64,000 nt of DNA from Candidatus Pollutiaquabacter sp. Lineage in GTDB: Bacteria; Bacteroidota; Bacteroidia; AKYH767-A; 2013-40CM-41-45. The notes beneath the pieces are model-generated. The model had not been told where the DNA came from, ran no database searches, and worked only from the letters and a program-made list of their open reading frames with translations. The translations under genes were made by a program, and so were the position numbers. Shown one piece after another: positions 1 through 10,669 of the stretch (positions are counted from its first letter, which is position 1; the number at the start of each line of letters is the position of its first letter). The DNA lies in contig CANIAS010000004.1 of assembly GCA_947465495.1 (NCBI GenBank), forward strand, positions 1,808 through 65,807, given 5' to 3'.

Positions 1-131
1 AACGAATCGGCGGTAGGGTCGAAACCGATATACCCTTTTACCGATTCACGGTTCAAAAGGTCCTCAGTATCCGGCATGATGTCGTGTAACATCCGTCGCC
101 ATTTCAGCTCTTCGACAAAGTTCTTTTTCAT
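1..131 (-). CDS. tyrS: tyrosine--tRNA ligase, N-terminal fragment (gene runs off the window start)
   Basis: Too short for the ORF track. The reverse complement of 131..1 reads [43 protein letters not shown]. This matches the conserved TyrS N-terminus, including GFDPTADS just before the HIGH motif. Confidence 0.7.
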   Translation of the reverse strand, partial: MKKNFVEELKWRRMLHDIMPDTEDLLNRESVKGYIGFDPTADS

Positions 132-220
132 AGAACTGTAAATATAGCAACGCAACCGCTAATAATTGACCCTTTCCCAAGGTCTTGCGCCACGGAAAAT
201 TAACCATCTTCGCAGTAGAA

Positions 221-1243
221 ATGTCAACAACTGCGGCCCCATGCCTAGTGACCGGTGCTACCGGACTTGTCGGTTCAAGGATCTGTCTTGATCTGCTACT
301 TGCCGGCAGAAAGGTCCGCGCGCTCCGACGCGCGCAAAGTGACTGGAGTATCTTACATCGAACCTTTGCCCAATATTCGTCTTTGCTCGAAGAGATTGAT
401 TGGTTTATTGGTGATGTTACGGAAGTACTTTCAGTGTATGAAGCCCTTGATGGTATAGAAGAAGTATATCATGCGGCTGGGCTCGTTTCTTTTGATCCGA
501 AAGATCGACTTCGACTATATAGCACCAATTCACAAGGCACTACGAACATGGTTAACATGTCGCTCGAACGTGGCGTTAAACGTTTTTGCCACATCAGTTC
601 GGTAGCGGCCATTGGTCGTTCTGAGCAAGATGCGGTAATTGATGAATCGGTGGCTTGGACCAATTCATCCTTTAATACTGAATATGCTATCAGTAAATAC
701 GAGGCTGAACGGGAGGTATGGCGTGGGATTGAAGAAGGCTTGCAGGCTGTCATCGTAAATCCATCGATTATTTTGGGTCCCGGCGACTGGGAAAAGGGAA
801 GTGGATTGTTATTTCGTGCAGTATGGAACGGCCTGAGATTTTATCCTTCAGGAACTACTGGCTTTGTAGATGTCCGCGATGTATCCTTAGCCGCTATTAC
901 GCTAGTGGAGAAGCGGGAATTTGGAAAACGTTTCATACTTAATTCTGACAGTATTCCGTATCGGACGGTTTTCACGGAAATTGCAAATGCATTAGGCAAG
1001 CCCCCCGTCAGCATCCGTGTTTCAAAAATGCTTTCGAATTTCGCCTGGCGTTTTGAAAAATTACGCTGCATGATTACAGGAGCATCACCGGTGTTGACGC
1101 GCGAAACAGCGCATACATCAATGGGTGTTTGGAATTATTCCGGAGAACGACTGACAAAAACAACTGGCATCCGTTGCATTCCCATAAGTCAATCTATTGC
1201 AGATTGGGCTGTAGTTTTTTTAAAGGAGCATTCTCAGCGCTGA
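221..1243 (+). CDS. NAD-dependent epimerase/dehydratase family (extended SDR) protein
   Basis: Rossmann motif VTGATGLVGSRI at the N-terminus and the YAISKYEAE (YxxxK) catalytic motif. The track ORF starts at a TTG at 185; the first ATG (MSTTAAP) is at 221. Confidence 0.75.
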   Translation: MSTTAAPCLVTGATGLVGSRICLDLLLAGRKVRALRRAQSDWSILHRTFAQYSSLLEEIDWFIGDVTEVLSVYEALDGIEEVYHAAGLVSFDPKDRLRLYSTNSQGTTNMVNMSLERGVKRFCHISSVAAIGRSEQDAVIDESVAWTNSSFNTEYAISKYEAEREVWRGIEEGLQAVIVNPSIILGPGDWEKGSGLLFRAVWNGLRFYPSGTTGFVDVRDVSLAAITLVEKREFGKRFILNSDSIPYRTVFTEIANALGKPPVSIRVSKMLSNFAWRFEKLRCMITGASPVLTRETAHTSMGVWNYSGERLTKTTGIRCIPISQSIADWAVVFLKEHSQR

Positions 1244-1584
1244 GGCGCTCCTTGCATGGCGGTTAATCGTTCAATAACCTCATCGTAGATTTTTACAAGT
1301 TCGTCCGGATGGTCGGAATAGTAGGCCATGGTTTCCTTGAAGGCTGCTGATGTGGTATGGTGCTTGTCGAAAACACGACTATATTCAGTAGTTGGATTCG
1401 CCGCAATAGCAGCATCAGTCAATTTGTTGGCGCCCGCTTCTGCATCGGCTAGATGAAGCTCTGTAAGTATTGAAACCAGTTCGTCGTTATCGATGGTACG
1501 TTGATGTTGGCTCAACGCTGGACGCTGACAGGAACCGATCAAGAGGGTCGTACACAGCGCGACCAAACGCAGTATATAGTTCAT
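1234..1584 (-). CDS. small lipoprotein, DUF4296-like
   Basis: Signal peptide with lipobox LLIGSC. At 116 aa and lying immediately downstream of pyrC (4-nt overlap), it fits the arrangement I recall for DUF4296 proteins in Bacteroidota. Confidence 0.55.
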   Translation of the reverse strand: MNYILRLVALCTTLLIGSCQRPALSQHQRTIDNDELVSILTELHLADAEAGANKLTDAAIAANPTTEYSRVFDKHHTTSAAFKETMAYYSDHPDELVKIYDEVIERLTAMQGAPQR

Positions 1585-2915
1585 CGGTCAAAAGTGATTC
1601 TGGACCCACTTCCGATTTCGTGGATTTTTCCATTTTCATAGACCAGGTTTCCATTTACCCAAGTATGTGTGACACGATGACGAAAGGTTTGGCCTTCGAA
1701 TGGACTCCATCCGCATTTTGCCATGACATTCGAGCGATCAACGGTCCATGGATGGTTGGGTGAAACCAGTGTAAGGTCTGCGTGGTATCCTTCGCGAAGG
1801 TAGCCGCGTTCGTGAATTCGGAAGAGGTCGGCTACGGAATGGCTGTATTTCTGTACAATTAATTCAGGGGTGAATATGCCTTGATCACATAACTCAAACA
1901 AGGCAGTCAGCGCGTGTTGGACCAATGGTCCGCCGGAAGGTGCTTGAAAATAAGGCGCGTTTTTTTCTTCCAACGTGTGGGGTGCATGATCCGTCGCAAT
2001 CACATCAATTCGATTGTCAATGACAGCCGCACGAATTGCTGCGCGATCCATAGAAGATTTGATGGCTGGATTCCATTTGATGAAATTCCCTTTCTCCGCA
2101 TAGTCCGCATCGGTGAACCAGAGGTGATGTATGCATGCTTCAGCTGTTATTTTCTTTTCGGCTAAAGGAAGTGAGTTGTCAAATAAGGAAAGTTCTTTTT
2201 CGGTACTGATGTGTAACACATGTAGACGCGTACCGTGTTTTTTGGCTAATTCGACCGCCATGGAGGAGGAAAGGTAACACGCTTCTTCTGAACGTATCAG
2301 TGGGTGGTGGTTGATGTTGACCTGGTCGCCGTATTCTAATTTGAAGCGTTCCGTATTACGTCGAATGGTTGCTTCGTCTTCACAATGTGTGGCAATTAAT
2401 AGTGACGATTTAGAAAAAATATTTTCCAGAACGGAAGCACTATCGACGAGCATGTTGCCGGTGGATGAGCCCATGAAAATTTTAATACCGCAAACATTTT
2501 TTGCATCCGTTTTGAGAACTTCTTCGACGTTGTCGTTGGATGCCCCCATGAAGAAGGAGTAATTCGAGATGGAGCGAGTACGTCCCAGCTCATATTTTTC
2601 CTGAAGCAATGACTGAGACAACGTATTTGGAACAGTGTTGGGCATCTCCATGAAAGAGGTGATTCCGCCCGCTACTGCTGCCCTAGATTCTGTAAAAATT
2701 TCTCCTTTATGGGTAAGTCCTGGTTCTCGGAAATGAACTTGGTCGTCAATCATGCCAGGCATCAGGTAGGCACCATCAGCGTCGATGATCGAAGCGTGCG
2801 CATGCGATAAACCTTGTCCTATTTTTTCGATACGTCCGTGCTGTAAAAGCACATCGCCTTCGTAGGTTTTTCCTTCGTTGACAATGCGTGCGTTTTTAAT
2901 CAGAGTGATGCTCAT
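1581..2915 (-). CDS. pyrC: dihydroorotase (cyclic amidohydrolase superfamily)
   Basis: 444 aa. N-terminal metal-binding DDQVHFREPG (HxH-type) motif, later ATDHAPH, and an amidohydrolase fold signature throughout. Confidence 0.8.
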   Translation of the reverse strand: MSITLIKNARIVNEGKTYEGDVLLQHGRIEKIGQGLSHAHASIIDADGAYLMPGMIDDQVHFREPGLTHKGEIFTESRAAVAGGITSFMEMPNTVPNTLSQSLLQEKYELGRTRSISNYSFFMGASNDNVEEVLKTDAKNVCGIKIFMGSSTGNMLVDSASVLENIFSKSSLLIATHCEDEATIRRNTERFKLEYGDQVNINHHPLIRSEEACYLSSSMAVELAKKHGTRLHVLHISTEKELSLFDNSLPLAEKKITAEACIHHLWFTDADYAEKGNFIKWNPAIKSSMDRAAIRAAVIDNRIDVIATDHAPHTLEEKNAPYFQAPSGGPLVQHALTALFELCDQGIFTPELIVQKYSHSVADLFRIHERGYLREGYHADLTLVSPNHPWTVDRSNVMAKCGWSPFEGQTFRHRVTHTWVNGNLVYENGKIHEIGSGSRITFDR

Positions 2916-2928
2916 AACTAAATGATGA

Positions 2929-3675
2929 TTAATTCACCTTTTTATACTTGCGAAAGAAACTCTTCCATTTCAACTGCATGACGCCGAAAATTGCTTCTTT
3001 GAAAATACCTTTGCTCATCTTGCTGGTGCCTTCGGTACGATCGGTGAAGATGATTGGTACTTCGATTATTTTGAAGCCGTGTTTCCACGTGGTAAATTTC
3101 ATTTCAATCTGAAAGGCATATCCAATAAAACGGATTTCGTCGAGCTGGATTGTTTCGAGTACTTTTCTGCGATAGCAGACAAATCCTGCTGTTGTGTCCA
3201 TGACGTGTATGCCCGTAATTATGCGCACATAGACGGATGCATAGTAGGACATGATAATTCTGCCCAATGGCCAGTTTACCACGTTCGCTCCTTTGATATA
3301 GCGTGAACCAATAGATAGGTCTGCACCATTTACTGCGCAAGCATCATATAGGTGAAGCAGGTCATCAGGATTGTGCGAAAAATCACAGTCCATTTCAAAG
3401 ATGTATTCATAGGAACGCTGCAACGCCCATTTGAATCCGTGAATATATGCTGTACCGAGTCCAAGTTTTCCCGTTCGCTCTTCCAAGAACAGGCGACCGT
3501 GGAACTCGCCCATCAGTTTTTTTACAATCGAAGCGGTTCCATCTGGCGAACCGTCGTCAATAATGAGTAGGTGAAATGGCTTGGTCAGGGAAAAGACTTT
3601 CCGAACCATCTTTTCGATGTTCTCTTTTTCGTTGTAGGTAGGTATGATAACTAACGAATCGGACACGTCGCTCAC
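2929..3675 (-). CDS. GT2 polyprenol-phosphate mannosyltransferase (Dpm1-like)
   Basis: IIPTYNEKENI ... LLIIDDGSPDGT ... MDCDFSH motifs typical of dolichyl/polyprenyl-phosphate mannose synthases. Confidence 0.75.
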   Translation of the reverse strand: MSDVSDSLVIIPTYNEKENIEKMVRKVFSLTKPFHLLIIDDGSPDGTASIVKKLMGEFHGRLFLEERTGKLGLGTAYIHGFKWALQRSYEYIFEMDCDFSHNPDDLLHLYDACAVNGADLSIGSRYIKGANVVNWPLGRIIMSYYASVYVRIITGIHVMDTTAGFVCYRRKVLETIQLDEIRFIGYAFQIEMKFTTWKHGFKIIEVPIIFTDRTEGTSKMSKGIFKEAIFGVMQLKWKSFFRKYKKVN

Positions 3676-3731
3676 TTTCTACAAAGGTACAGAAAAGTTG
3701 AATGTTGATTCAGAGTAGTGTAATAGGGGCC

Positions 3732-5621
3732 TTAAGCCCCCTTTTTAATCTCTTCCACCACCGTTGGATCCAAAAGGGTAGAAGTGTCTCCAAGATTATC
3801 AACGTCGCCTTCCGCCACTTTTCGAAGGATTCTTCGCATGATTTTACCAGATCGTGTTTTTGGCAAGCCTCGAACAATCTGAATTTTATCCGGTTTAGCA
3901 ATCGGACCAATAACTCTGCTTACAACCGCTTTGATCTCTTCGCGCAACAAGTCATTATCGGCAAGTTCGTTAGTGCAAATGACGTAAGCATAGATTCCTT
4001 GACCTTTAATAGTATGCGGATAGCCAACTACCGCAGATTCCACGATATCTGGATGCTGATTGATAGCGTCTTCGACTTCTGCTGTTCCGATGCGATGTCC
4101 GGAAACGTTCATGACATCATCGACACGACCTGTAATGCGATAATATCCTTGTTCATCGCGCTTGCATCCGTCTCCTGTAAAGTAGCGTCCAGCATACGTT
4201 GCAAAGTAATTGATTCGACAGCGTTCGTGGTCGCCATAGGTGGTTCGAATGATCGACGGCCATGGATAACGGATGCATAAATTTCCTTCGACACCATTGC
4301 CGGTGATTTCTTTTCCGTCTGCATCGACCAGAAGTGGCTGCACACCTGGCAATGGCAGCGTTGCGTAACTTGGCTTTAGTGGCGTAATTCCCGCCAGCGG
4401 TGAAATTAAAATGCCACCGGTTTCCGTCTGCCACCAGGTATCGACGATAGGACATTTTCCTTTGCCAATGTGCTGATGGTACCAATGCCAAGCCTCTTCA
4501 TTGATGGGTTCGCCTACAGTTCCAAGTATGCGTAACGAATCGAGCAGATAGGGAGTAACAAAATCAAGTCCGGCTGCTTCCAGAGATCGGATGGCAGTGG
4601 GTGCGGTGTAAAAAATGGAGACACGATGTTTATCGATGGTTTGCCAAAAACGTCCGGCATCCGGCCAGGTTGGAATGCCCTCAAAGAGTACGTTAGTAGC
4701 ACCGGAAAGTAACGGCCCATACACGATGTAGGAGTGCCCGGTGATCCAACCTACATCTGCCGTGCACCAGTAGATGTCGTCTGATTTTGGTTGAAATACA
4801 TTCTGAAAAGAATAAGCGGTATACACCATGTATCCTCCGCAGGTGTGAACAACACCTTTGGGCTTTCCCGTCGAACCGCTGGTGTAAAGGATGAAGAGCA
4901 TATCCTCGCTGTTCATAATCTCAGCGGGACAATTCGCATCTACCTTTTCCATTTCATCCTTCCAAAGTTTGTCTCTCCCTGCTACCAGTCGCACGTTCGA
5001 GCCGGTACGCTCAAGTAATATCACCGTTTTGACACTGGGGCAAACTTCCAGTGCTTGATCGACAATTTCTTTTATCGGCAATTCTTTATTTCCACGAAAG
5101 GCCCCATCGCTGGTAATGACCATGCAGCATTCGCTATCTTGAATTCGATCACTGAGTGATTGAGCGGAGAATCCGGCAAATACGACAGAATGGATGGCTC
5201 CGATGCGTGCGCATGCTAGCATCGCAATCACTGCTTCAGGAACCATCGGAAGATAAATGCAGATTCGATCTCCTTTGCGGGCTCCATTTTTCTTTAAAAC
5301 GTTTGAGAACTGGCACACCTGCTCGTGCAGCTGACGGTAGGTCAACCTACGCACTTCTTCATCGGGGTTGTTCGGTTCCCAAATGATGGCAGTTTTTTCA
5401 CCATGATTGGCAAGATGACGGTCCAGGCAGTTTTCTGTAATGTTCAATTGCGCGCCGTCAAACCACTTGATGTTTGGTTCCGTGAAATTCCAGTCTACTA
5501 CCTGATCCCATGGTCGTTGCCAGCGAAAGGAGCTCGCGATATCGGCCCAGAATCCTTCAGGATCTTGGACACTTCGTTCATAGGCACGATGATATTCTTC
5601 CAGGTTGTTGATTCGTAGCAT
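3732..5621 (-). CDS. acs: acetyl-CoA synthetase
   Basis: 629 aa. AMP-binding motif YTSGSTGKPKGV, the WWQTETGG motif, and C-terminal LPKTRSGKIMRR. Confidence 0.92.
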   Translation of the reverse strand: MLRINNLEEYHRAYERSVQDPEGFWADIASSFRWQRPWDQVVDWNFTEPNIKWFDGAQLNITENCLDRHLANHGEKTAIIWEPNNPDEEVRRLTYRQLHEQVCQFSNVLKKNGARKGDRICIYLPMVPEAVIAMLACARIGAIHSVVFAGFSAQSLSDRIQDSECCMVITSDGAFRGNKELPIKEIVDQALEVCPSVKTVILLERTGSNVRLVAGRDKLWKDEMEKVDANCPAEIMNSEDMLFILYTSGSTGKPKGVVHTCGGYMVYTAYSFQNVFQPKSDDIYWCTADVGWITGHSYIVYGPLLSGATNVLFEGIPTWPDAGRFWQTIDKHRVSIFYTAPTAIRSLEAAGLDFVTPYLLDSLRILGTVGEPINEEAWHWYHQHIGKGKCPIVDTWWQTETGGILISPLAGITPLKPSYATLPLPGVQPLLVDADGKEITGNGVEGNLCIRYPWPSIIRTTYGDHERCRINYFATYAGRYFTGDGCKRDEQGYYRITGRVDDVMNVSGHRIGTAEVEDAINQHPDIVESAVVGYPHTIKGQGIYAYVICTNELADNDLLREEIKAVVSRVIGPIAKPDKIQIVRGLPKTRSGKIMRRILRKVAEGDVDNLGDTSTLLDPTVVEEIKKGA

Positions 5622-5675
5622 GATGTCTAGTTTTAACTCTCCTTCGAAGGTAATCAGATGTCAGAAATATCTGAA

Positions 5676-5683
5676 TATCTTTG
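5676..5683 (+). promoter_or_regulatory. candidate Bacteroidota -7 promoter box (TAtcTTTG)
   Basis: Exact match to the TAnnTTTG consensus, about 60 nt upstream of the RRM-protein ATG. No clear -33 TTTG was seen. Confidence 0.3.
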
Positions 5684-5741
5684 TAGGAATAATAGGAGCA
5701 TCGATTCACGGTCGACTTCCGCAATTTAAACTTACACTACT

Positions 5742-5990
5742 ATGAAATTGTTTGTAAAGAATATTTCCGACGAGGTCAACGAGATGCTGCTCGAGTCTAT
5801 TTTCCGTCAGTACGGCGATGTCTTGAACACCAAAATCGTGTATGATCGCATCACGTGGGAGTCAAAAGGATTTGGTTTCGTCGAATATAGCAAGAAGGAG
5901 GATGCCTTGAAAGCCATTGAAGGATTGAATGGCCGTGAGTTAGTTGGTAAACAATTGGTGGTCATGGAGGCCGTGGACAAGCCACGGTAA
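5742..5990 (+). CDS. RNA-binding protein (single RRM domain)
   Basis: RNP2 KLFVKNI and RNP1 KGFGFVEY motifs in an 82-aa protein. Confidence 0.85.
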   Translation: MKLFVKNISDEVNEMLLESIFRQYGDVLNTKIVYDRITWESKGFGFVEYSKKEDALKAIEGLNGRELVGKQLVVMEAVDKPR

Positions 5991-6023
5991 TATTTAATAA
6001 TCTAACAGGTTGATGATTTAACG

Positions 6024-6731
6024 ATGGGTCTTTTTCGCCGGCATCTTTTTTTCGGCACACTTGCCACCCTATTATTCTGCAACCAACCCGTTGCTGCAGG
6101 ACAGTCGACGTTGCTGGATACCATTGAATACAGTTTGCATCAGAAGCCACGTTTTTTTTGCAATCTTTTAACCTATAATTCATTTGTCAGTGATGAGTTC
6201 GTGAACTTCTTTGGGTTCAAGGCTGGTCTTAAATACAATAAGCGAATCAAATTCGGACTTGGTTTTTTCTACCTCAATCCGAATGCAGTTGTCTCCAGTA
6301 TTCGCGTCCAAGAGGATTCCTTAGTCACGCAGACGAACGGGGAGTTGCAAGCGAGATTTTTTACGCTCAGTGCCGAATATATCTACTTCAGCAAATTCCC
6401 TTGGCAATTTTCTGTATTCCCCTTGGAATTTGGTGTAGGCGGAGCCCATTACCGGTATATAAGTCAGTTGGGTGATCACCCGAGGCTGGAGACACCGGAT
6501 GTCGCGTTGATTTTCTATCAACCTTCCATTACTGCTCAATATTCGATTTTTAAGTGGTTTGGAGTTGGTGCCTCAGCGGGTTATCGTTTTACGTTATATA
6601 GCTCCAAGGAGGTGAAGGAGGACTTCAATTCCATTGGTTTCTCCATCGGTATTCGTCTTTTTGTAGACGAAGCCTACAAGGCCGTATTTCCTTCCGGACT
6701 TCATCTTAGTAGCGGCAAAACCGTGAAATAA
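6024..6731 (+). CDS. hypothetical secreted/outer-membrane protein
   Basis: N-terminal signal-like segment. Aromatic/Gly-rich alternating pattern suggests beta strands. I recognised no family motif. Confidence 0.45.
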   Translation: MGLFRRHLFFGTLATLLFCNQPVAAGQSTLLDTIEYSLHQKPRFFCNLLTYNSFVSDEFVNFFGFKAGLKYNKRIKFGLGFFYLNPNAVVSSIRVQEDSLVTQTNGELQARFFTLSAEYIYFSKFPWQFSVFPLEFGVGGAHYRYISQLGDHPRLETPDVALIFYQPSITAQYSIFKWFGVGASAGYRFTLYSSKEVKEDFNSIGFSIGIRLFVDEAYKAVFPSGLHLSSGKTVK

Positions 6732-6784
6732 TGTTGTCGTAGTACTGACTTACGAACTGTTAACTCGATTATCTTTACTCTACC

Positions 6785-7813
6785 ATGTCCAACCCGAATC
6801 TAGATCCTTCCGGTTTCCAGTTGTCGCAGGGCGAAAAGGAAATCGAAAAAGCGTTGCGACCGCAGGCGTTCGAGGATTTCTCCGGCCAATCAGCCATCCT
6901 GGACAATTTACGTGTCTTTGTGGAAGCCGCTCGGCTTCGTGACGAAGCCTTGGACCATGTCTTGTTGCATGGACCTCCTGGATTGGGTAAGACGACCCTT
7001 GCTTACATCGTTGCCAATGAGTTGGGCGTGAACATTCGAACGACTTCCGGGCCGGTATTGGACAAACCTGGAGACTTGGCAGGGCTATTGACCAATTTAG
7101 AACCCAACGATGTTTTGTTCATTGACGAAATTCATCGATTGAGTCCGATCGTCGAAGAATACCTGTATTCAGCGATGGAAGATTACAAAATTGATATCAT
7201 GATTGAATCTGGTCCCAATGCAAGGTCAGTGCAGATCAAGTTGAATCCATTCACGCTCATTGGCGCTACTACACGATCCGGGCTATTGACATCGCCGTTG
7301 CGTGCTCGTTTTGGGATCAACGCTCGATTGGAATATTACGATGCTTCGCTGTTGCAACGTATCATACGACGTGCTGCGAGCATCCTTCAAGTAACTATCG
7401 AAGAAGATGCTGCCCTTGAAATTGCTCGTCGTAGTCGTGGAACTCCACGAATTGCAAATGCACTGTTACGGCGAGTTCGGGACTTCGCACAAATTAAAGG
7501 CAATGGGATCATTGATCAGGCTATTGCACAATACGGACTTTCCGCGTTGAATGTTGATCAACATGGCCTCGATGAAATGGATAATCGTATTCTGCAAGTA
7601 ATAATTGAAAAGTTCAAAGGTGGCCCTGTTGGACTCACCACCATTGCTACGGCAGTAGGCGAGGAAGCGGGTACCATCGAAGAGGTGTACGAGCCTTTTT
7701 TAATTCAAGAAGGATATTTGAAACGCACACCACGGGGACGAGAAGCAACAGAATTCGCCTATCAGCACGTGGGAAAGACTTACGGTGGTGGCGAAGGGAC
7801 ACTCTTTGGATAA
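6785..7813 (+). CDS. ruvB: Holliday junction branch migration helicase RuvB
   Basis: Walker [12 protein letters not shown], Walker [10 protein letters not shown], and sensor region [16 protein letters not shown]. Confidence 0.95.
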   Translation: MSNPNLDPSGFQLSQGEKEIEKALRPQAFEDFSGQSAILDNLRVFVEAARLRDEALDHVLLHGPPGLGKTTLAYIVANELGVNIRTTSGPVLDKPGDLAGLLTNLEPNDVLFIDEIHRLSPIVEEYLYSAMEDYKIDIMIESGPNARSVQIKLNPFTLIGATTRSGLLTSPLRARFGINARLEYYDASLLQRIIRRAASILQVTIEEDAALEIARRSRGTPRIANALLRRVRDFAQIKGNGIIDQAIAQYGLSALNVDQHGLDEMDNRILQVIIEKFKGGPVGLTTIATAVGEEAGTIEEVYEPFLIQEGYLKRTPRGREATEFAYQHVGKTYGGGEGTLFG

Positions 7814-7947
7814 TGGATGGCATGCAGTAAAAACGCACTTCGAATTCAGTTCAATGAATTCAATGATGTTTTTTCAAATAGTGTTTATCCTGATAGACAA
7901 CGCTTGATTTTTTTAGCAATCTGCTCTTGAACACCATTCATACCGCT

Positions 7948-8886
7948 ATGTTGGAATCCGCACCTTCCAGAAATGCCCAGTTGATTCGCGCTGAAGCGAT
8001 GCGGTTGGGTTTTTCTTTTTGTGGTATTTCAACGGCAGGATTTCTGGAAGAGGAAGCTCCCCGTCTTGAACAATGGTTGATGGAAAACCGTCATGGAAAG
8101 ATGGGATACATGGAACGGCATTTTGATGAACGACTTGATCCACGATTGTTGGTGCCAGGCGCCAAGTCGGTGGTATCTCTACTATTTAATTATTTTCCGT
8201 CATTATCAATACAACCTGAAGAAGCTCCGAAAATTTCCCGGTATGCCTATGGTGAAGATTACCACTTCGTAGTCAAAGACCGACTATTCGAACTCCTTCA
8301 ATTTATCCGAGATCATATTGGTGAAGTCGATGGCAGAGCTTTTGTCGATTCGGCACCGGTTCTTGAAAAGGCCTGGGCTGCTAAAAGCGGTACAGGATGG
8401 ATTGGTAAGAATGCAAACCTAATTACTCGTTCGGGGGGTAGTTACTTTTTCGTAGCAGAACTAATTATCGATTTGGAAGTACTCCCCGATGGACCGTTGC
8501 AGGATTACTGCGGCAGCTGCACACGTTGCATCGATGCATGTCCAACGCAGGCAATTATTCGTCCTAAAGTGGTAGATGGCAGTAAGTGCATTTCCTATTT
8601 CACGATCGAACTGAAAGAAGAAATTCCCGTTTCAATGTCTGGTCAGTTCGGAGATTGGGTATTCGGATGTGATGTGTGCCAGGAAGTTTGTCCGTGGAAT
8701 CGTTTTTCAAAACCGCATAGCGAACCAAGATTCGCACCGATGGATGCCATTAAAGAATGGAGCGATAAAGAGTGGGAGGAAGTTACGGAAGAAACTTTTC
8801 GTAAGGTGTTCAAACGGTCTCCACTGAAGAGGCCTGGGTTTGAAGGTTTAAAACGAAACCTGGCTTTTAGGAAGAAAACTTCCTGA
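7948..8886 (+). CDS. queG: epoxyqueuosine reductase
   Basis: Two 4Fe-4S ferredoxin motifs ([12 protein letters not shown] and [11 protein letters not shown]) and overall QueG architecture. The track ORF begins at a TTG at 7927; the first ATG is at 7948. Confidence 0.85.
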   Translation: MLESAPSRNAQLIRAEAMRLGFSFCGISTAGFLEEEAPRLEQWLMENRHGKMGYMERHFDERLDPRLLVPGAKSVVSLLFNYFPSLSIQPEEAPKISRYAYGEDYHFVVKDRLFELLQFIRDHIGEVDGRAFVDSAPVLEKAWAAKSGTGWIGKNANLITRSGGSYFFVAELIIDLEVLPDGPLQDYCGSCTRCIDACPTQAIIRPKVVDGSKCISYFTIELKEEIPVSMSGQFGDWVFGCDVCQEVCPWNRFSKPHSEPRFAPMDAIKEWSDKEWEEVTEETFRKVFKRSPLKRPGFEGLKRNLAFRKKTS

Positions 8887-9055
8887 ATACTTGAACCACC
8901 ACGTCGGAGTAGGCGGTGAAGGTGGCGATACACCATATTCTTAATAGACGGCGCTCGTCTTTCTGAAGTAATTGAAGCGCTTTAGTTAGTTCTTTACTAA
9001 ACAAGCTCTTGTCGAAACTTACCTTGGTAAGTATCTGCTTCGTGTATTCGTACAT
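8867..9055 (-). CDS. small conserved-looking hypothetical protein
   Basis: [26 protein letters not shown]... resembles a small helical protein family I recall next to housekeeping genes in Bacteroidota. It is convergent with queG and overlaps its 3' end by 20 nt. Its coding status is unproven. Confidence 0.35.
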   Translation of the reverse strand: MYEYTKQILTKVSFDKSLFSKELTKALQLLQKDERRLLRIWCIATFTAYSDVVVQVFRKFSS

Positions 9056-9213
9056 AGTTATTGATAACAAATTAACGGAGAACTAATATAGCATTCGACC
9101 GTTGCCTCGTCAAGTAAAAGTTATTAAGAAAATGTATTTTGAAAGGAATTGGATGAATTTATCCGAGTTTTGCCAGAAATGGGAAGCAAAAAAGGGGTCC
9201 TTCCTGGGACCAA

Positions 9214-9786
9214 TTATTTTTCAGACCAGCGGAAACTTTGTTGAGTAAGTCCTGCCAAGTCAATGACACGATCCACTACGGTAGCAGCTAATTGCCTGAA
9301 GTCAACCGGCTTGGAATAAAAGGAAGGTGAAGCCGGACAAATAATGCCACCTGCTTCCGTTACGGTCTTCATGTTATTAATGTGTATGAGACTGTACGGA
9401 GTATCGCGAATGACTAGGATAAGTTTTCTACGTTCTTTAAGAATTACATCAGCAGCACGTGTAATTAGATCATCCGAAATCCCTGTTGCAATACGTCCCA
9501 TCGTACCCATGGAGCACGGACACACAATTAAGGTGTCATACTTGGCCGAACCGCTTGCGAACGGAGCAAAGAAGTCTTTCTTATCGTAGGTCTTGAAGGG
9601 TAGGTTTTCAAAAGAACGATTGCCCAATTCATATTCCCAAACATCTTTGGCGTTATCAGATAATACTAATCCTACATCGTCGATTTGATCTGATAGCAAT
9701 TGCAGTTTTTCCAGCAGCACGCTGGCATAGACAGAGCCACTGGCGCCTGTTACGGCTACAACTATTTTTTTTCGGGAAGTGTTCAT
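9214..9786 (-). CDS. ubiX: flavin prenyltransferase UbiX
   Basis: VAVTGASGSVYA N-terminus, CPCSMGTMGRIATG motif, 190 aa. Confidence 0.88.
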   Translation of the reverse strand: MNTSRKKIVVAVTGASGSVYASVLLEKLQLLSDQIDDVGLVLSDNAKDVWEYELGNRSFENLPFKTYDKKDFFAPFASGSAKYDTLIVCPCSMGTMGRIATGISDDLITRAADVILKERRKLILVIRDTPYSLIHINNMKTVTEAGGIICPASPSFYSKPVDFRQLAATVVDRVIDLAGLTQQSFRWSEK

Positions 9787-9850
9787 TTAAAAATAACAGC
9801 CTGGAACTTAAATGGTTCTTACTAAGTGTAAATATACAACAGGCGGTCGA

Positions 9851-10231
9851 TTACCTGGAGCGCTGAGTCAGACGATTAAAGCAAAATCTACCTATTACCG
9901 CTCCCAGGCAATTTGCTGCTGCATCTCGCAGGTCACCGCTACGTCCGATAAAAACACTGTATTGAAGGTATTCCAATAGCCCTCCATAGATGCAGGTAAT
10001 CCATACCCAGTGCCAATTTCCGAAGGTGCGCTTTACAGTTAAAGGAAGTACATCAGCTCGAAATAGCAGAAAGGAAAGTATCCCAAAAAGAAATAAATGA
10101 GTGACCTTATCCCAACGAAGCCATTGCCAGAAGGTAATGACAGGAAGAGTATGCCCCGGTAGGGCACAGGCAATGAAAACAACCACCGCCCAAACAATGG
10201 GCGGCCACCATTTCCTGTGTGGGATGTTCAT
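9851..10231 (-). CDS. VanZ-like membrane protein
   Basis: 126 aa with 4 predicted TM helices. DKVTHLFLFGILSF is typical of the VanZ family. Confidence 0.6.
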   Translation of the reverse strand: MNIPHRKWWPPIVWAVVVFIACALPGHTLPVITFWQWLRWDKVTHLFLFGILSFLLFRADVLPLTVKRTFGNWHWVWITCIYGGLLEYLQYSVFIGRSGDLRDAAANCLGAVIGRFCFNRLTQRSR

Positions 10232-10238
10232 TGGTGGA

Positions 10239-10619
10239 TCAAGCTCCTACGAGCTGCTGGTAAGCAGCCGAAGAAAGTAGATGCTCCAGCTCAGGCGCAT
10301 TTGAAATCTCAATCTTGATCATCCAACCATTTCCATATGGATCTTTATTGACAGATTCAGGATTGCTTTCCAAGTGTGGATTTACTTCTACGACTTTTCC
10401 GGATACCGGCATGAAAAGGTCGGAAACGGTTTTGACTGCTTCGACGGTACCGAAAACGGTTTCTGCTGATAATGTCTCGCCTGCGGAGGTAATGTCCACA
10501 TAAACGATATCACCTAGTTCTCCCTGAGCAAAGTCGGTGATACCTACAGTAGCGATGTTGCCATCCACCATGATCCATTCATGATCCTTGGTGTATTTGA
10601 GTTGATCCGGAAAGTTCAT
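10239..10619 (-). CDS. gcvH: glycine cleavage system H protein
   Basis: Lipoyl-lysine motif [10 protein letters not shown], the HEWI start region, 126 aa. Confidence 0.92.
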   Translation of the reverse strand: MNFPDQLKYTKDHEWIMVDGNIATVGITDFAQGELGDIVYVDITSAGETLSAETVFGTVEAVKTVSDLFMPVSGKVVEVNPHLESNPESVNKDPYGNGWMIKIEISNAPELEHLLSSAAYQQLVGA

Positions 10620-10669
10620 GCGGCAAATGTACTAAAAAATAGGTGACTCGTGCGGCCTTACCCAATGCC

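Noticed and set aside
3702-4280. 192-aa plus-strand ORF, and other ORFs, overlapping acs.
   Set aside because: They are antisense to a high-confidence acetyl-CoA synthetase frame, and I recognised no motifs. These are typical antisense shadow ORFs.
5641-5650. 10-bp perfect palindrome CCTTCGAAGG in the acs/RRM divergent promoter region.
   Set aside because: Perfect 10-mers of this kind are expected about 60 times by chance in 64 kb, and nothing else supports it.
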